DNA of 64,000 nucleotides from Mytilus californianus (taxonomy: Eukaryota): assembly GCF_021869535.1 (NCBI RefSeq), contig NW_026262723.1, positions 93,372,001 through 93,436,000 on the forward strand. Reading direction: 5' to 3'. Every line of letters begins with the position of its first letter. The stretch's first letter is position 1. Shown in pieces: positions 35,513 through 48,600 of this stretch. Position numbers and translations under genes: made by a program. The notes beneath the pieces are model-generated. The model was not told the origin of the DNA. It saw only the letters and a list, made by a program, of their open reading frames with translations, and did no database searches.

Positions 35513-36195
35513 TTTTTGGTTGAATCGACATCGATATACGTATGTTTGGATCGATACAACATGTGTACCTGGGCGTTAACTTGTTGGATAGTTTCACCAT
35601 ATTTACATGGGCGTGGACATGTTTGATCTATCCAAATATATATACTAATGCCGGTGTCCATGCAATTTATAAGATATGGCAAACAATAATATATACAATA
35701 TACGATGCTTTTTACGAATGTACGTGATATGTACTACAGTATTATCAAACTGGTTAAATGCATTGGTTTCGTGCTTTGAAAAGTACTATTAATTACTTTA
35801 TGTTAATCTTTTCATTGTTTTTGAAACGTAATCGCACTGACATATAACATTTTAAGCCATTGAATTTTTGTTTAATCACTCTATCAAAACCCTGGACCGC
35901 ACTAAAAGAAAACCCGGACTGCTCTCGAAAAAACACGGATATATAAAAATTAATTTATTCTAAAAATGTCCTTCTCTATGTAATAACAAGAATTTTTATA
36001 AAGTGTCTGTATATCTAAGGGTATATAGATTCAAAAATACATTTCCTTTGACATTTGCATTGGTACTTATACCACTATACCTACTGTGATATTGGTATCG
36101 GTATCGGATTCGATCCGGAACTTGTTAATTATTGGTAATATTAATTATGTGGAAAACAAAAGGGCATGGAATGGTGTAATTTTAAAACAATACCT

Positions 36196-36404
36196 TTGTC
36201 CTGTACCAAGTCAGGAAAATGGCCATTGTTATATTATAGTTCGTTTCTGTGTGTGTTACATTTTAATGTTGTGTTTTTGTTGTGTCGTTGTTCTCCTCTT
36301 ATATTTGATGCGTTTCCCTCAGTTTTAGTGTGTAACCCGGATTTGTTTTTATCTCTATCGATTTATGAGTTTCGAACAGCGGTATACTACTGTTGCCTTT
36401 ATTT
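36196..36404 (-). mobile_element. Interspersed repeat family C
   Basis: Reverse relative of 38854-39030 (aaaggcaacagtagtatacc..aaatccgggttac..gagggaaac). Confidence 0.75.
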
Positions 36405-37189
36405 GTCCTATATTAGCTATATATAAAGTTGACTTCTTTAATTCGTCGTGTTTTCGTCATACCGGCTAACAAATTGGACCTCGTTTTTTCTTGCTAAAAA
36501 AAACAAAATAGGTAAATTCCAAACACATTCCTTTATAAAAGTAAGGTTATCTTAGTTATCTCCCTTTATATGGATAGTTGAAAAAAACGAATCCGACAAA
36601 AAACATGTTGTGTATTTTTTTTTAAACAGTCGTAGTAAGAATATAAAACACATGATTTTCTTCATTTAAATGAAGACTTACATATGATTTATGTATCTCT
36701 CTCAAAATGTGTATATCTTATAAAAGGTCTAGACCAAGGATTTGTCCAACCGTATACAAATCCTTGTCTAGACCAATTGTGTTTTGCTATTTTACAATCC
36801 AAGATGGCGGAAGATACCGATCTACCTTGAAAATATCCCTTACATTATTAGTCTTCTGTTGAAAATGTAGAAACAACTTCAAAATCCCCGTGTGTTGAAA
36901 TAACTAATTTCGATAAGAAAGTGCAAATACAATATCATATAATGTTGTGTCCAGTGATACAAGATAGATAAGTATTGTATTGGTCAAGATTATAACACGT
37001 AGCATGATTTCTGTGGGATTCTATTCTTTAAATCTTCATTGAGAGATACCGAAATCAAGTGTTTTGTTAAAGAGTAACAAACCTTTAAGTTTATTTCCTT
37101 AGAAAGAACCGAACATTATAATGGTTCATTTACATAAGCAAGAAAATAACATACAGAATCCATAGTTCTACACTTAAATACAAATTTTT

Positions 37190-37292
37190 TATTAGGTTTT
37201 GGACTTTCAACTATTTTGACCTAGAGCATCACCGAAGCGACATTGATTGTCGAAATGCGCATCTAGTGCAATAAAATTGGTACCGTTAATGA
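37190..37292 (+). mobile_element. Retrozyme-like repeat B3
   Basis: gagcatca-CCGAAGC(37232-37238)-GACA ttgat TGTC-GAAA(37252-37255)-TGCGC atcta GTGCA-ata. Confidence 0.65.
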
Positions 37293-37887
37293 TATTAGAA
37301 CCTCAACTTAAAAGTTTCGATTGATAAGTTAACGAACCGGTGTCATTCGATATATCGAGAAAAATTATCGTGAAAGAATAACTAACGTTGGTCAAGTATT
37401 GCGATTGGATCGTGAAAGAGGTGGAACAAACCAGAAAAAAGAAATATGTCTGTCAAAATGAATCAACTTCCTTAATAATATTGTGCACTACGTGAAAGAA
37501 AAAATGCAGTAAATACAAAAGGCGACACACGATCATATGAGAATCATTAAAAAAATCATCTTTTGTATCCATAATGTTCACATTCCAATATATCATGATA
37601 TATTTGAAACTAAATCTTTATTGTATCACATAGTCAAATAAAAGTATGTTATTACTTGAAAAAGTTTGCAATATTTTTGAAAAAGTATATTTTTGTTGAT
37701 TTTAAATCAAAATTTATCGTGATAGATCAGGCAACGCTACCTAGGCCGGCATCCAAGATAGTAAGACCTCCAGGAGCGTAAATAACCGAAAAGTAAATAT
37801 CTATGTATTAATAACGTTAAATGCATCCACGAATGGGTGAAGTGAGAGGGGTTCTGGTGATCTTCACCTGGAAATATCTTAATGTTA

Positions 37888-38290
37888 AAAAAGATGTGGT
37901 ATGATGGCTAATGAGACAACTATCCACCAAAGTTCAAATCCAGTGAATGTAAGCAACCGTACGGCCTTCAACAATGAGAAAAAACCTATACCGTACAGTC
38001 GGCTATAAACGGCCCGGACATGAAAAATATTAAAAAATTCAATTGAGAAAACTAACGGCCTTATTTATAACAAAAAAATGTACGAAAAACAAACATAACG
38101 GACATAAACTAACGACAACCACTGAACTACCGGCTCCTGATTTGGGACAGGCACGTAAAGAATGTGGCGGTGTTAAACATGTTTGTGAGCGCTCAACCCT
38201 CCCCTAACCTTGGACAGTGGTGTTACAGCACAACTTAAGAACAAATTATAAAAATCAGTTGAAAATGGCTTAACTCATCAGATCGATACA
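37888..38290 (+). mobile_element. Family A full-length copy
   Basis: aagatgtggtatgatggctaatgagacaac..cgtacggccttcaacaatgag..tggcttaactca end matching 34025. Confidence 0.8.
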
Positions 38291-38853
38291 ATGAAGAAAA
38301 ACATACGTTTACGTGTACGTTTTTGTTTTCGTAAGGGTTTAACCTAATAGACTATTTAAATATTCAGGGTCTACTTCTCAAATAGTACAGGATGGTCTTG
38401 TGTTATAGATTCTAGGTACTGACTCTGTATAATTTTTTATACTTTACAGATTTACTTATATTTCTGTTCCATTTGGTCGTATGACACTTGACGTGGTTCG
38501 GTATATGTGCATCCAGCTTTCAGGTTTTTGGCTTTAGGCGCTCCTTAAGCGGATGGGTCCAGATATGCGGTTCGGACACATGAGGTCTTTATAATGTTGT
38601 TTTCACTTTGAATACCCTTGTATTTATAGCTTACTTATTTTGTATTGTATCGGTAAAATGTATATGTCATTACCATTTACTATACTGACTTTATTATCAA
38701 CTACAAAAACTTTTTTGTTGACGTCTTTGTTTGATTAAATTGCAAGTATGTTTGAATGTTTAATTCAGTTGTGTTGTATGTATGTTTAGAAAGTTTTGGC
38801 TGCTGGATCTCAATTATGGCCACGTTAACCAATTATGTCTGTTTGGGTAGCTA

Positions 38854-39030
38854 GAAATAAAGGCAACAGTAGTATACCGGTGTTCAAAAGTCATAAATCG
38901 ATTGAGTGAAAACAAATCCGGGTTACAAACCAAAACCGAGGGAAACACATCAACTATAAGAGGAAAACAAAAGAACAACAGGAACACCGAAGTGCAACAA
39001 AAACAAAGGCCAACACACATAGAAACAAAC
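38854..39030 (+). mobile_element. Interspersed repeat family C
   Basis: See 36196-36404. Confidence 0.75.
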
Positions 39031-41468
39031 ATAGAAAACCAGTTTTAACCCACCATTTTCTCAGGAAAATGCCTGTGCCAGGTCAGGAATATGACAGTAG
39101 TTTTCCTGCGGTTTTTTAAACAATGTTTTCTTTCTAATTTTTACAACTATCAACAGGGATCTTCGTTTTATAGATATGAATATGCATAGAAATAATGAAA
39201 ATCGGATGAGATAATCTTAATTTTTCATACGACATAAAACTTATGTATGCAGGACGGACAGACGGACTTATGTTGTTATAAGGCAACTAGTCGGTGTAGT
39301 ATTATCAAATAATCAGATCCAATGGCATTAACCTATCATAGCCCTATTCGCAAACAAAAGTGAAGCGAAATGAGTCACGAAAATTCAGTCTTTTGCTATA
39401 ACTATTACCAATATATCTTATCATATGTTTTGATCGTTTTCGTAGATTTTTACAATAAAGAATAAGCGGCAACACGATCCTTATCACGATCATCAAAAAG
39501 CCGTACCCGATCTTTCACAATCCGAAATATCAAATTTTTACAAATATTCCCAATTTTGCAAAGTTTCTGCATGATTAAACTAAAACTAAATAACTTTTTA
39601 GAACTATTTAAAACAGTATAATGGAACGATATGTTTAAGAGAAAAGTAGTTTATGCATTCAAGATATGTAAACAATCATGTTTGTTTCCATTTTTATTTC
39701 TTTGAAATTTCGAGGAGCAATTAGCCTTTTATAGTTTTGTAAAAAGGGTGATACTAATCATAATGTTAAACCATATTTGTCATTATTATTCATTAAATCA
39801 GATTATTTACTGGCATTGGATGTGTCTTCTCGATAAGATTTTCTTCACGGTCCTATACCATGTCTTTCACGATCCAATCGCAATATTTGACCACCGTTAC
39901 TTATTCTTTCACGATCATTTTTCTCGATATACAGAATGACAGCCGTGTAACGAGTCCGTTAGTTAACAGATGCTTTGTGACTAAACTCCCTGTTATGCTA
40001 TGATGCCTGTTGATTTCGTCACTTGTACCATGTACCTCATGTTACGCTTAACAGTTTCCTAGCGTTGTGAATAGAATCTTGAAAAGCAAATGCAATCCTG
40101 CAAAGTATACAAATTAAGTAAAATATCTTGAACTAAGGAGCAAGTTGAAAAGGTTATTCTGCAATACAATATACAGGATAGAATCGTGGACAAAAGTGAA
40201 AATAAATGTTTCGCCGCGAGGAAAAAATAAATATGCATAGCAACAGATGAAAATGAATATTCAAACCGCAAAAAATCCTCCTGTTCCCTCCACCAGAATG
40301 TCGTCTCCTAACTCTTATGATAATTACTACAAGACATATCGGAGTACTTAACGTTCCAGCCTTTTAAGAACGATCGCACCATAGTTGGAAATGTATGCGG
40401 CTTTAATAAAATGAAATTATTGAAGAGCTATTTTTTTTATTTGTCGTTATCATCATTTTTTTTTTAAAACAAATACGAACAAGCAAAAACATATTTCAAA
40501 ATAATCGAAATAACACAGAGGGAACCAATATTCTTATATAATTTTGATAAATGAATCTTGTTAGAATTAAAGGGTCTGATGATATTCCATATGGTATATA
40601 GTCCAAAACACCAATAAATTCAGTCTTTAATGTCCTTCTTTTGTTCAAGATTTTCAGTTCCAGTTTTCCGAGTTTAAAAATCTCTCAAAATTCACAATTA
40701 GGGCTTGGGTTGGACGAGATCAAAGTCATCAGTGATTGCTTAACAGAGTTCACATATGGTGGTTTCTCATTGTTTTGATAAGGTTTCGTGTGCTTTACCT
40801 GAAATCTTCTATATGAAGGAAGCACTGGCAGGGCTTGGGTTTGACAAAACTTTTGATTGTAATTATCTTAATTAAAGAAATCAATAAACAGATTGATACG
40901 ATATTATTCTATACGTCGGCAATATCAAAGAAAAATATGTATTACAAAGTTCACTCAAAAATCTTTATAAACTAAATTTCCTAAATAGTTTTTCATATAT
41001 TATTTTGCTATCTTAGGACAAAGAATACATATTAAAACTTAAGTGAGTATTTTTTTTTAGAAAATATTATGCTGCTATCAATAGTATTCAATAAACTGAA
41101 ATTAAATATTTTATATCGTTCTGCAGTCTTTTACATCGTTGGTTGATAAAGGTTAATTTTGCAATTGGAAATTGAGATCTCTTTCATTTCAAAAACATGT
41201 CACAGGTAAGGGAAAAATAAAATTTTCGTTTAAAAGAAGCTGTCTGAATAAATACAATAATATATACACTAAAAGATAGTATATTAAAATCCCGTGTAGA
41301 AATGTCATATTCAGCATGTACATAACTGAGTTAATTTTTTTTATAAAACATTTAAATATAGGCGACAATTGTCTTAATATCTCGTTTTGAGGAATAGGCG
41401 TCAAGTAAAAGCTGCCAGTGTTATTTAAGTGAATTTTTCTATTTTAATTTGTTTAATTACTTTCAGAC

Positions 41469-41531
41469 ATGGGAAGTGGAACAATGACAACGAAATCGAA
41501 GCGACAAAGAACTAAATATAGCAAGGAACAG
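41469..41531 (+). CDS. Homeobox exon: residues up to 12
   Basis: MGSGTMTTKSKRQRTKYSKEQ|gtagg. Confidence 0.85.
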
Positions 41532-43665
41532 GTAGGATACTGATATGTTTGATATCATTCAGATTTTGTTGAATTATACTCTGTCTCAGTCTCTCACTCT
41601 TCTGCATAGTTGAGTTTTCATTTTCTTTTTTTATTTGTGGTGCATTTCAAGTCTTAAATTAAAAATAGACACTACGGATTGTTCTATTATAATTACATTT
41701 TATAGCATATTTTTCTACCAATATATGCATTACACATTTTTTTTTGAAACGAATATCAATTGTTTGACATGAATACTGATTTCTCAAAATTTTGACAACT
41801 GGTGAATATTCTATCGGCTGTGTTTTCTTTCTTTCTTATTTTACGTTTTTAAAAACAATAATGTGAAGTGTGTACCGCTGAGATGCCTTAAGCCGTTATA
41901 ATGAACCAAACAATTAAAACGTCCGATATCTGAATGCAATTTAAATTCTCGATGAAAAAAATTAAGGTATATCCCTAATTTCAGTAATTGAGAAATAGTT
42001 ATATAGATTTGTTTCCATTAAAGATTAAACATGTCTCTTATTGTTTTCATAGTTAAAAATGTGGAACATGAAAATAAAATCGATTTTCTTTAATTTGCTA
42101 GCTTGAAGCCTTGGAAAGAGTTTTTATTGCTAACCAGTACCCAGATTCTCTCACAACAGACGAATTAGCTGATCAGTTAGAAATCTCAAATGAAAAGGTG
42201 TCTGTAAGTATATATTCATTTTTTAGATTATTTGAAAACAGATGATTTCCAGGTCTGAAATATGAAAAACACATACATTTTCCTTTTCCAAAAAGGTATT
42301 GGAAAATCATTAGAAAATTTCACCAGCGATTAACGGTCGACAAACCTTGTAGAATCGACCTATAATTGTATAAATTGCTATTTTTTCATGACAGAATATG
42401 CATTGACAGCCGTACGGTGGCCTATGTTGCTAACTACCACTTTATTTTAACTCTGATGTCTCATTGACATTTATACCACATCTCCTCATATTTTTATAAA
42501 ATATTTGACGCTGGACAATAATCATGTTATCATTCATCAGCAATTTATGGGATTTCCACGTAATATTATTCATATATATTTATACAAAATTTGGATTACT
42601 TGAAAGGTTCATTTTTGTCTTATTTTTTTATCGATTTTATAAAAAAAAAATACGTGTTATAAAAAAGTAAGCACCCAAAAGACAGTGACAATTCATAGTG
42701 TTTGAAAAAAAAACTCGTGTTAACATTCAAGTCGTCAAAAAATAATCTATGCGTATCGTAACTACAGCAACACAACCTGGAAGATAATTGGTAACAAAGG
42801 TTGTTTCTTTTTTCAGATTTGGTTTCAAAACAGAAGATCTAAATTTAAAAGACAGTACAGGGATTCACAAGTTACATGGATGAGAAATCAGGTTTATGAT
42901 CAAGAAAACAGACCGCCTGTATTGACCATCCCAAGTGAACCAAGACGACAAATGAAGCCAACATCACAGATTTTAGAAAGTCCCCATGTTTTAACAGTTT
43001 CGACAGTAAATCAACAAAACACCGTTGATAATAAGAAACCAGTTTCAAAGTAAGTATAGTCAAAGAAAAAAAGTTCTCCCTCTTAGTTATGGCCCAAACG
43101 GACGCAGATGTTTGCTGAAAATCATTACAAATAAAGAAAGAAAGAAAAAAACACCATACATGAATATACTGCTAAAATACTTTAGTGAAAAAAGGATTGG
43201 TCTCAATATCAACATTGAATATATTAGAAACAGTAAGACTTTGAAAGGTATGATTTAGTATGCATTTAATGCATGTTTTATTTAATTGCTTGAAATTTTT
43301 TCTACATTGCATAATGATTATATATACAATTCTATTTTTTTAGCTTACATTACAAGCCGATTACTGATGTATTAACCCCACCTCAAACATGGGAGCATAA
43401 CGTTGGTTACACGACACCATCGCCACCATTTGACTATTCGTCATGTGCTAATGACATTTTGAAAGACTGCAGTGTGAACCCAGCAACGACAAGACCTGAC
43501 TATCCAGTCGATATCCAGTACCACGGCAATGTGACTCCACCTGGTTTCTGGTCACCGTACGTGACAAGTTCTATTCAAGCGCCTCCAGTCCGATCATGCA
43601 TGTTTTCTAACTATTCATTCTTTCCACAAACTCAAGTGACAAATCAACAGTTGACTTTATTATAA
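41469..43665 (+). CDS. Divergent PRD-class (Q50) homeobox protein, 4 exons, about 239 aa from the first visible ATG
   Basis: Exons 41469-41531, 42102-42203, 42817-43049 and 43344-43665 join in frame (720 nt). Homeodomain SKRQRTKYSKEQ|LEALERVFIANQYPDSLTTDELADQLEISNEKVS|IWFQNRRSKFKRQY. The ATG follows a tttcag acceptor, so upstream exons are likely. Confidence 0.9.
42102..42203 (+). CDS. Homeobox exon: residues 13-46
   Basis: tttgctag|LEALERVFIANQYPD..EKVS|gtaagt. Confidence 0.9.
42408..42495 (-). mobile_element. Family A fragment in a homeobox intron
   Basis: gccgtacggtggcctat..tgtctcattgacatttataccacatctcc. Confidence 0.6.
42817..43049 (+). CDS. Homeobox exon: residue 47 onward
   Basis: tttttcag|IWFQNRRSKFKRQ..KPVS AA|gtaagt. 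If the donor is not used, a TAA follows at 43051. Confidence 0.9.
43344..43665 (+). CDS. Homeobox gene, probable last exon (Pro/Ser/Thr/Tyr-rich)
   Basis: tttttttag acceptor; the phase-2 junction gives an open 107-codon frame ending in TAA that includes the supplied ORF 43459-43665. Confidence 0.7.
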
Positions 43666-45124
43666 ATTGTTTTATTATTGTACTTTTTTGTAGTACCAGT
43701 TAAAATGCTTAATTTGTATATATCCTATATATTATATAAAGTGCTGTATTCATAGACATGTATTGCTTTATTCATTTGTCTATCTTGTATTAGAAACTTT
43801 GTGCAACATATAAATTGTGTACCTCCATCTAAACATAAAAAAAATCTGCTGCTATAGGTTTTACTTAAAATGCCACATTTGTGTTTCAACAGACCCACAA
43901 TTAAAAATCGACATAGGTTTGAAAATGCAAATGTGATCAATGCTGTCATACTGTTATTGACCAATGGTAGGTGGTTTACGATATCATTCACATGACCGTC
44001 GCAAAAATTAAAATGTTTTTATACTGCAATCAAAAACTATATATAACCTAGTCAATAAAAAACAAAAAAAAAAACGGAACAATGCAATGTTGAAATACAA
44101 ACATGGTCTGGAAAATATTTTGAAAGCCTTCGCATAAACTATATTGATTACCGATTTTGATCCTAATTTTCCGCAAAATAAATGTTAACCCTGCGTTAAC
44201 ACAATATTTTCTCACTTTCCGAAATGGTAAGATTTTCTAACTTATGCATTTGCTATGCAAATCATGTTTTTCTAACTTGTGATTCGTTACTATTGTTGAC
44301 TAGTATATATATTGGACATATAACAGGTATACAAATAGTTGCTTTTTACTTTCTTGTGTCGTATACAACAAAATCTCCTGACATCCTGCTCCGAGTTAAA
44401 CGAACAGTAATGTAAAAATAACTTTTTACTTCACAATTCGATGATTCTGGGGTTTACTTCGCAGTCCGCGTTCATGCGATGTTGAATGATATTTTATAAG
44501 AATTAAACTCAACAGTTTGGAATTGAAAAAACTTTTAAGCGTCGATGTTACAAAGCAGAAAATATACAATATATTTGTATTGTCAAGAGTTCATTGTTAT
44601 CTTAAATATAAATATCTCAATGGGCCGCATTCCTTCAGCTTGTCGCATTGATGCACGAAAAGCAAGAGACGCTTAACACGTCGACAAACCAGACCCTCGC
44701 ATTGAATTCTCTCAGATTTTTTTTTTAATTTACGAGTTCAGGACATTATAATTATGCCTCGCGTTATACATTGTAGTGTAAACTTCTTTATATAAAATCA
44801 ACAAACTCGGTGCTCGTTATACTGAAAAATGAGTGCTATTGTGATGAAAAAGATTGCTATCGATCATTCATGAAAAAAATCTCTAAACACACCTGACAAA
44901 ACACAAAGCAATGGAATCGCTCTTAAGTGCTTTCTTCAACTCAATGTCTCAGTGAGGCCTTCAACATTGAACAGAAGAAAACAAATAAAGGAATGTGTGT
45001 GTGTGGAAAAGGGGGGGGGTCAGACTTGGGATATTCATATAAAAAAAGTGGCGGGGTTGATATATTTCTAGGCGCCAAACCCTTCTCATAACCTGAGGAA
45101 TTGGTGTAACGGCACAACTTTTAC

Positions 45125-45310
45125 AACGGAGCATATATGATCATCGCCTGTTTTGGTGGAGTTCGTGTTTTTTTTTTTTTTGTCTTTTATTTTTTTATGC
45201 TGTGTTTTATATACTGTTTGTCATTTGATCGATTTTAGTTTTTCGTCATGGCATTGTCAGTTTAATTTTTCGACCTATGAGTTTGAATATGCCTTTGGTA
45301 TCTTTCGCCA
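45125..45310 (+). mobile_element. Family E tail fragment
   Basis: ttttggtggagttcgtg..cgtcatggcattgtcagttt..tatgagtttgaatatgcctttggtatctttcgcc. Confidence 0.65.
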
Positions 45311-46033
45311 GCAACAGTCAATCAACATAAACCACTAGATTGAAGGCTTCTGAATTAGGATAGGCATATGAAAAATGTGGTGGGGTTAATATGCCTCACT
45401 TCAAGTTCAAGACGACTCCTAGCACTGATTTCAATGGGTCTCTTGGCTCTTGGCTAAAAAGCAATACAAGAACGTCGATGAAGTCATACCATACAAAATA
45501 AAACATATCATCGCAATAAACATGAAATCTTCGTTGATAACTAGAGGATAGTGACGGGAGCCACCACAGAGGGGCTCGCAGCATGTACATAAAGTATGCT
45601 GTTTTCTGTTCTAAGGTCCGGTTGTTGTCTCTTTGACACATTCCCCGTTTCCATTCTCAATTTTATAATGTATTTGCACAGGGGTGTCTTAAGTTCAACT
45701 ACATTTTTTTATCTAGATCATAAACGTACGATTTACTTTTATGTACACAACACATTTTCTAGTAGTGGTAAATAATCATACAAAGTTTCATACCGGAAAT
45801 CGACGGGGTTTAAATGATTTTTGTACGCATGCAAAGGGATGGCTAAGTCAATTGACCATGTCGATTTCAACCCACCTTCTGGTAATGTTGAATAACCATG
45901 CCAAGTTTCTCATCACTGAACTCTTTGGTGGTTTTTAAGTCAAAGAGCTGAAATGATTCAGTGGCGGACAAGCCGAAAATTATAGGTCTTCCGCCGATTT
46001 ATATGCAGGAACCTAATTAGAATACTGTGTAAA

Positions 46034-46196
46034 AATAAGAAGATGTGGTATGATTGCAAATGAGACAACTCTCCTCCAGAGACCAAATGGCGTGGAAGGA
46101 AGCAACTATATGTCACCCTACGGCCTTCAACAATGAGCAAACCCTATTCCGCACATCAAGCTATACAATGCCCCGAAATCATAAAATGTAAAACAT
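46034..46196 (+). mobile_element. Family A head
   Basis: aagaagatgtggtatgattgcaaatgagacaactctcc..acggccttcaacaatgagcaaa. Confidence 0.8.
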
Positions 46197-48235
46197 AACG
46201 TTCATTCAATCCAGTCTAATGTCTATTTGTACCAATGCAATTGTTGCCAAAGATCGAAATAGTATGGACTTATGTCGTTACTGTAGCACACAATCAACAG
46301 TTTTGTAACAAAGATGGAATTAAGGTGTTAAATAATAAAAGGGAAGTAATCTGATACTTTATTTTGGTCGTATTAGAAACTATAGTAACATAGGTGATTC
46401 AATTAATTTTTTTTACATAACCATGCATACTGGTTTGCTACAATTTTGTTTTATATTAGATTTTAAACTAATATATACAAACAAGCACACACCTTTATTT
46501 GTGTAAAATTTCATATATACTCATTATATACTCATTACGTTTTAAGCATCTATTTACTATATGTTTAAAATAAATTTTATCTTAACTGCTCTATAAAAGT
46601 CTGCAAATACTAATAATATGTAATACGGAATCAAAGGAAACATTATTACTGACACGTGTAAGTTTATATTTCCCTTAAATACATTTTAAGACAAATGAAA
46701 AATAAAAAACTTTGGTTGTTTAATTGCCAAAATAGCAGTATAAAAAAAATTAAAGTTGTATTAAATCTTCGAAGAAATTTCGAAAATTCGCAAATTTTAT
46801 CCTCCGAACGATTTTTTTAAGTAAAAAAGGACAAAAAGACTCAATGCATTTTGAAACTGTATAATGATTCCCTTTAAACAAAGTAACGCAAGTGCCGCAA
46901 AACTCTTTTCTTATTGGGTTCTTTGGGCGACTAAATGAATAAAAACTTAATCTGATTTTTATTAAATCATCATCGTAGTATTTCTTACAAAAAACGTGTA
47001 ATGTATAATGTGCAACGTAATTTACCCATACTTACTGATACTGTTTATAACCCTAATTTGGCAGCTTTACAGGTTTTTAAATAGATATAGTGAAACTACT
47101 AAAATACAATCCACTAACAAGGAAGAATAACTATGACTTGAATTTATTTATAGTGCTTTGTCAATCTAAAATGTAGGAGATAAGAATTGTAAGTACAAAA
47201 TTTAACATATTATCTATTTAATGTAAATGACGGTTTCCAATTAGGTGTTACATTTAGACGGGATCCTATTTTTATTTTCGGAAAAAATGGAGGTGAGTCT
47301 ATAGATTCCACTCCTGTTGGAAAAGTGTTTCCGATCACGTAAAAATTGACGGAAAGAAAGCTTTGTTCCAGGTTTTCTCATGGTATAATCGGACCCTATT
47401 TGTTTTCAAAATATTTGAATCTGCCCCCGAATGAACTCTCAATAACATAATGTAAGTTGTCATAGTAATATCCCTATACGCGAATATTCTATATATATAG
47501 GTATTAGTTCCTGGTATATAATGTGTATGACAGAGATGCCGATTTTTTTTTAAAGAAGAAACTGACATAACATTTGCCATCTTTATGTTGTGTACAAATT
47601 GTAATGTTGAATTTTTGTACAAGTTATCAGTGATTTATGAACCGCTTAACACAAATGGCTGATGCAAGCACATGCATAGTCTTTTTTTTCGCATATTTCT
47701 GTCATATGACTACATGATACAGTCTAATACTAAGCATTGATACAAAAAAAACATTATAAGAACACAAAAAGACTTTTTATGGATATGATTTTGTTATAAG
47801 GAGAAAAATAAAAATAGAATTTAAACCATTCAGGTGTCCTTATTTCCAGTTTTAGGACGAGGAGAATAGCACTAAATGTTATGTTGAAGTATATAAAATT
47901 GAATTTAAGACATTAAGCTGATACATTTTAGAAGATAAATTTTTGTCACCTGGTGCAAAAAGGTATGTGTCAAAAACGTATAACATGTACAAAAACCCTG
48001 TACAAATTATAATGTGTACAAACTTGCATCTTGTACACAACATATATAAAACAGATTAAAATGAAGAGCTTGAAAAATCTGGCTTAAATTCATACAATTG
48101 ATAAAAATAACACTTACCGTTACCTTGATAATATTTTTCCTTTAAATAACAAATAAATCTCTTATTATAATGCAGAAATTTACACAAGGGAACTGACATT
48201 AAATCACTATGATAAAAAAACAATAATATTTGTCC

Positions 48236-48600
48236 TTTTCTAGATTTGGGTATTTCAGTTTTAAATGGGAAACTAATTACAAAAATTTCAAAAAAGGAGA
48301 CGATTTATCGTTCCTATTGATATTTTCCTCTGTAGACGGTGATGTTCCCTTTTTGCCTCTTTACTCTCACGGTATATTTCCAAAACTCGTTCACTATGAT
48401 CGTGTCTGTAGTGACGTTTAAGATTTCAGCGAACTTAATCTATGTTTAACTGATAAATTATAAGTCAGGGATCTCGTTACCACAAGTTATTTCAAACTTT
48501 TATGTAACATTCTTTTATAGATACAAAGATTTTGTTTTGAAGTTTGATTGTATCTGTAGCAGTATTATTACAAACAGGATATATCATTCTTATTTTTACG
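48236..48600 (+). mobile_element. Degenerate Penelope-like RT C-terminal fragment
   Basis: LDLGISVLNGKLITKI / GDDLSFLLIFSSVDGDVPFLPLYSHGIFPKLVHYDRVCSDV*DFSELNLCLTDKL, matching the recalled PLE-type pattern FLDL..KLxTKIYDKRDDFSFPI.NxPFLDGDVP..SYGVYISQL; frameshifts and stops. Confidence 0.75.

Larger units (their letters stand above)
33597..35939. mobile_element. Inverted-repeat-bounded region with nested repeats
   Basis: Perfect 20-bp inverted pair TCCGTGTTTTTTCGAGAGCA (33597-33616 and 35920-35939), with looser similarity for about 50 bp inward. Confidence 0.5.
37341..39941. mobile_element. DNA-transposon remnant with 79-bp TIRs and nested insertions
   Basis: 37341-37419 versus the reverse complement of 39863-39941: 73 of 79 identical. 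The subterminal GATCGTGAAA/TTTCACGATC motif is repeated. Confidence 0.75.

Noticed and set aside
40480-40800. Protein-looking minus-strand frames (KLGKLELKILNKRR.., VKHTKPYQNNEKPPY..)
   Set aside because: Interrupted by stops, with no recognisable motif or consistent splice sites.
43025-43258. Lys-rich ORF as an extra homeobox exon
   Set aside because: It would need an intron of only about 37 nt; the 43049-to-43344 splice already gives a clean frame.
47287-47298. ATG GAG|gtgagt as the first exon of the J-domain gene
   Set aside because: A phase-0 donor that I could not connect to the phase-2 acceptor at 50434 through any supported exon.
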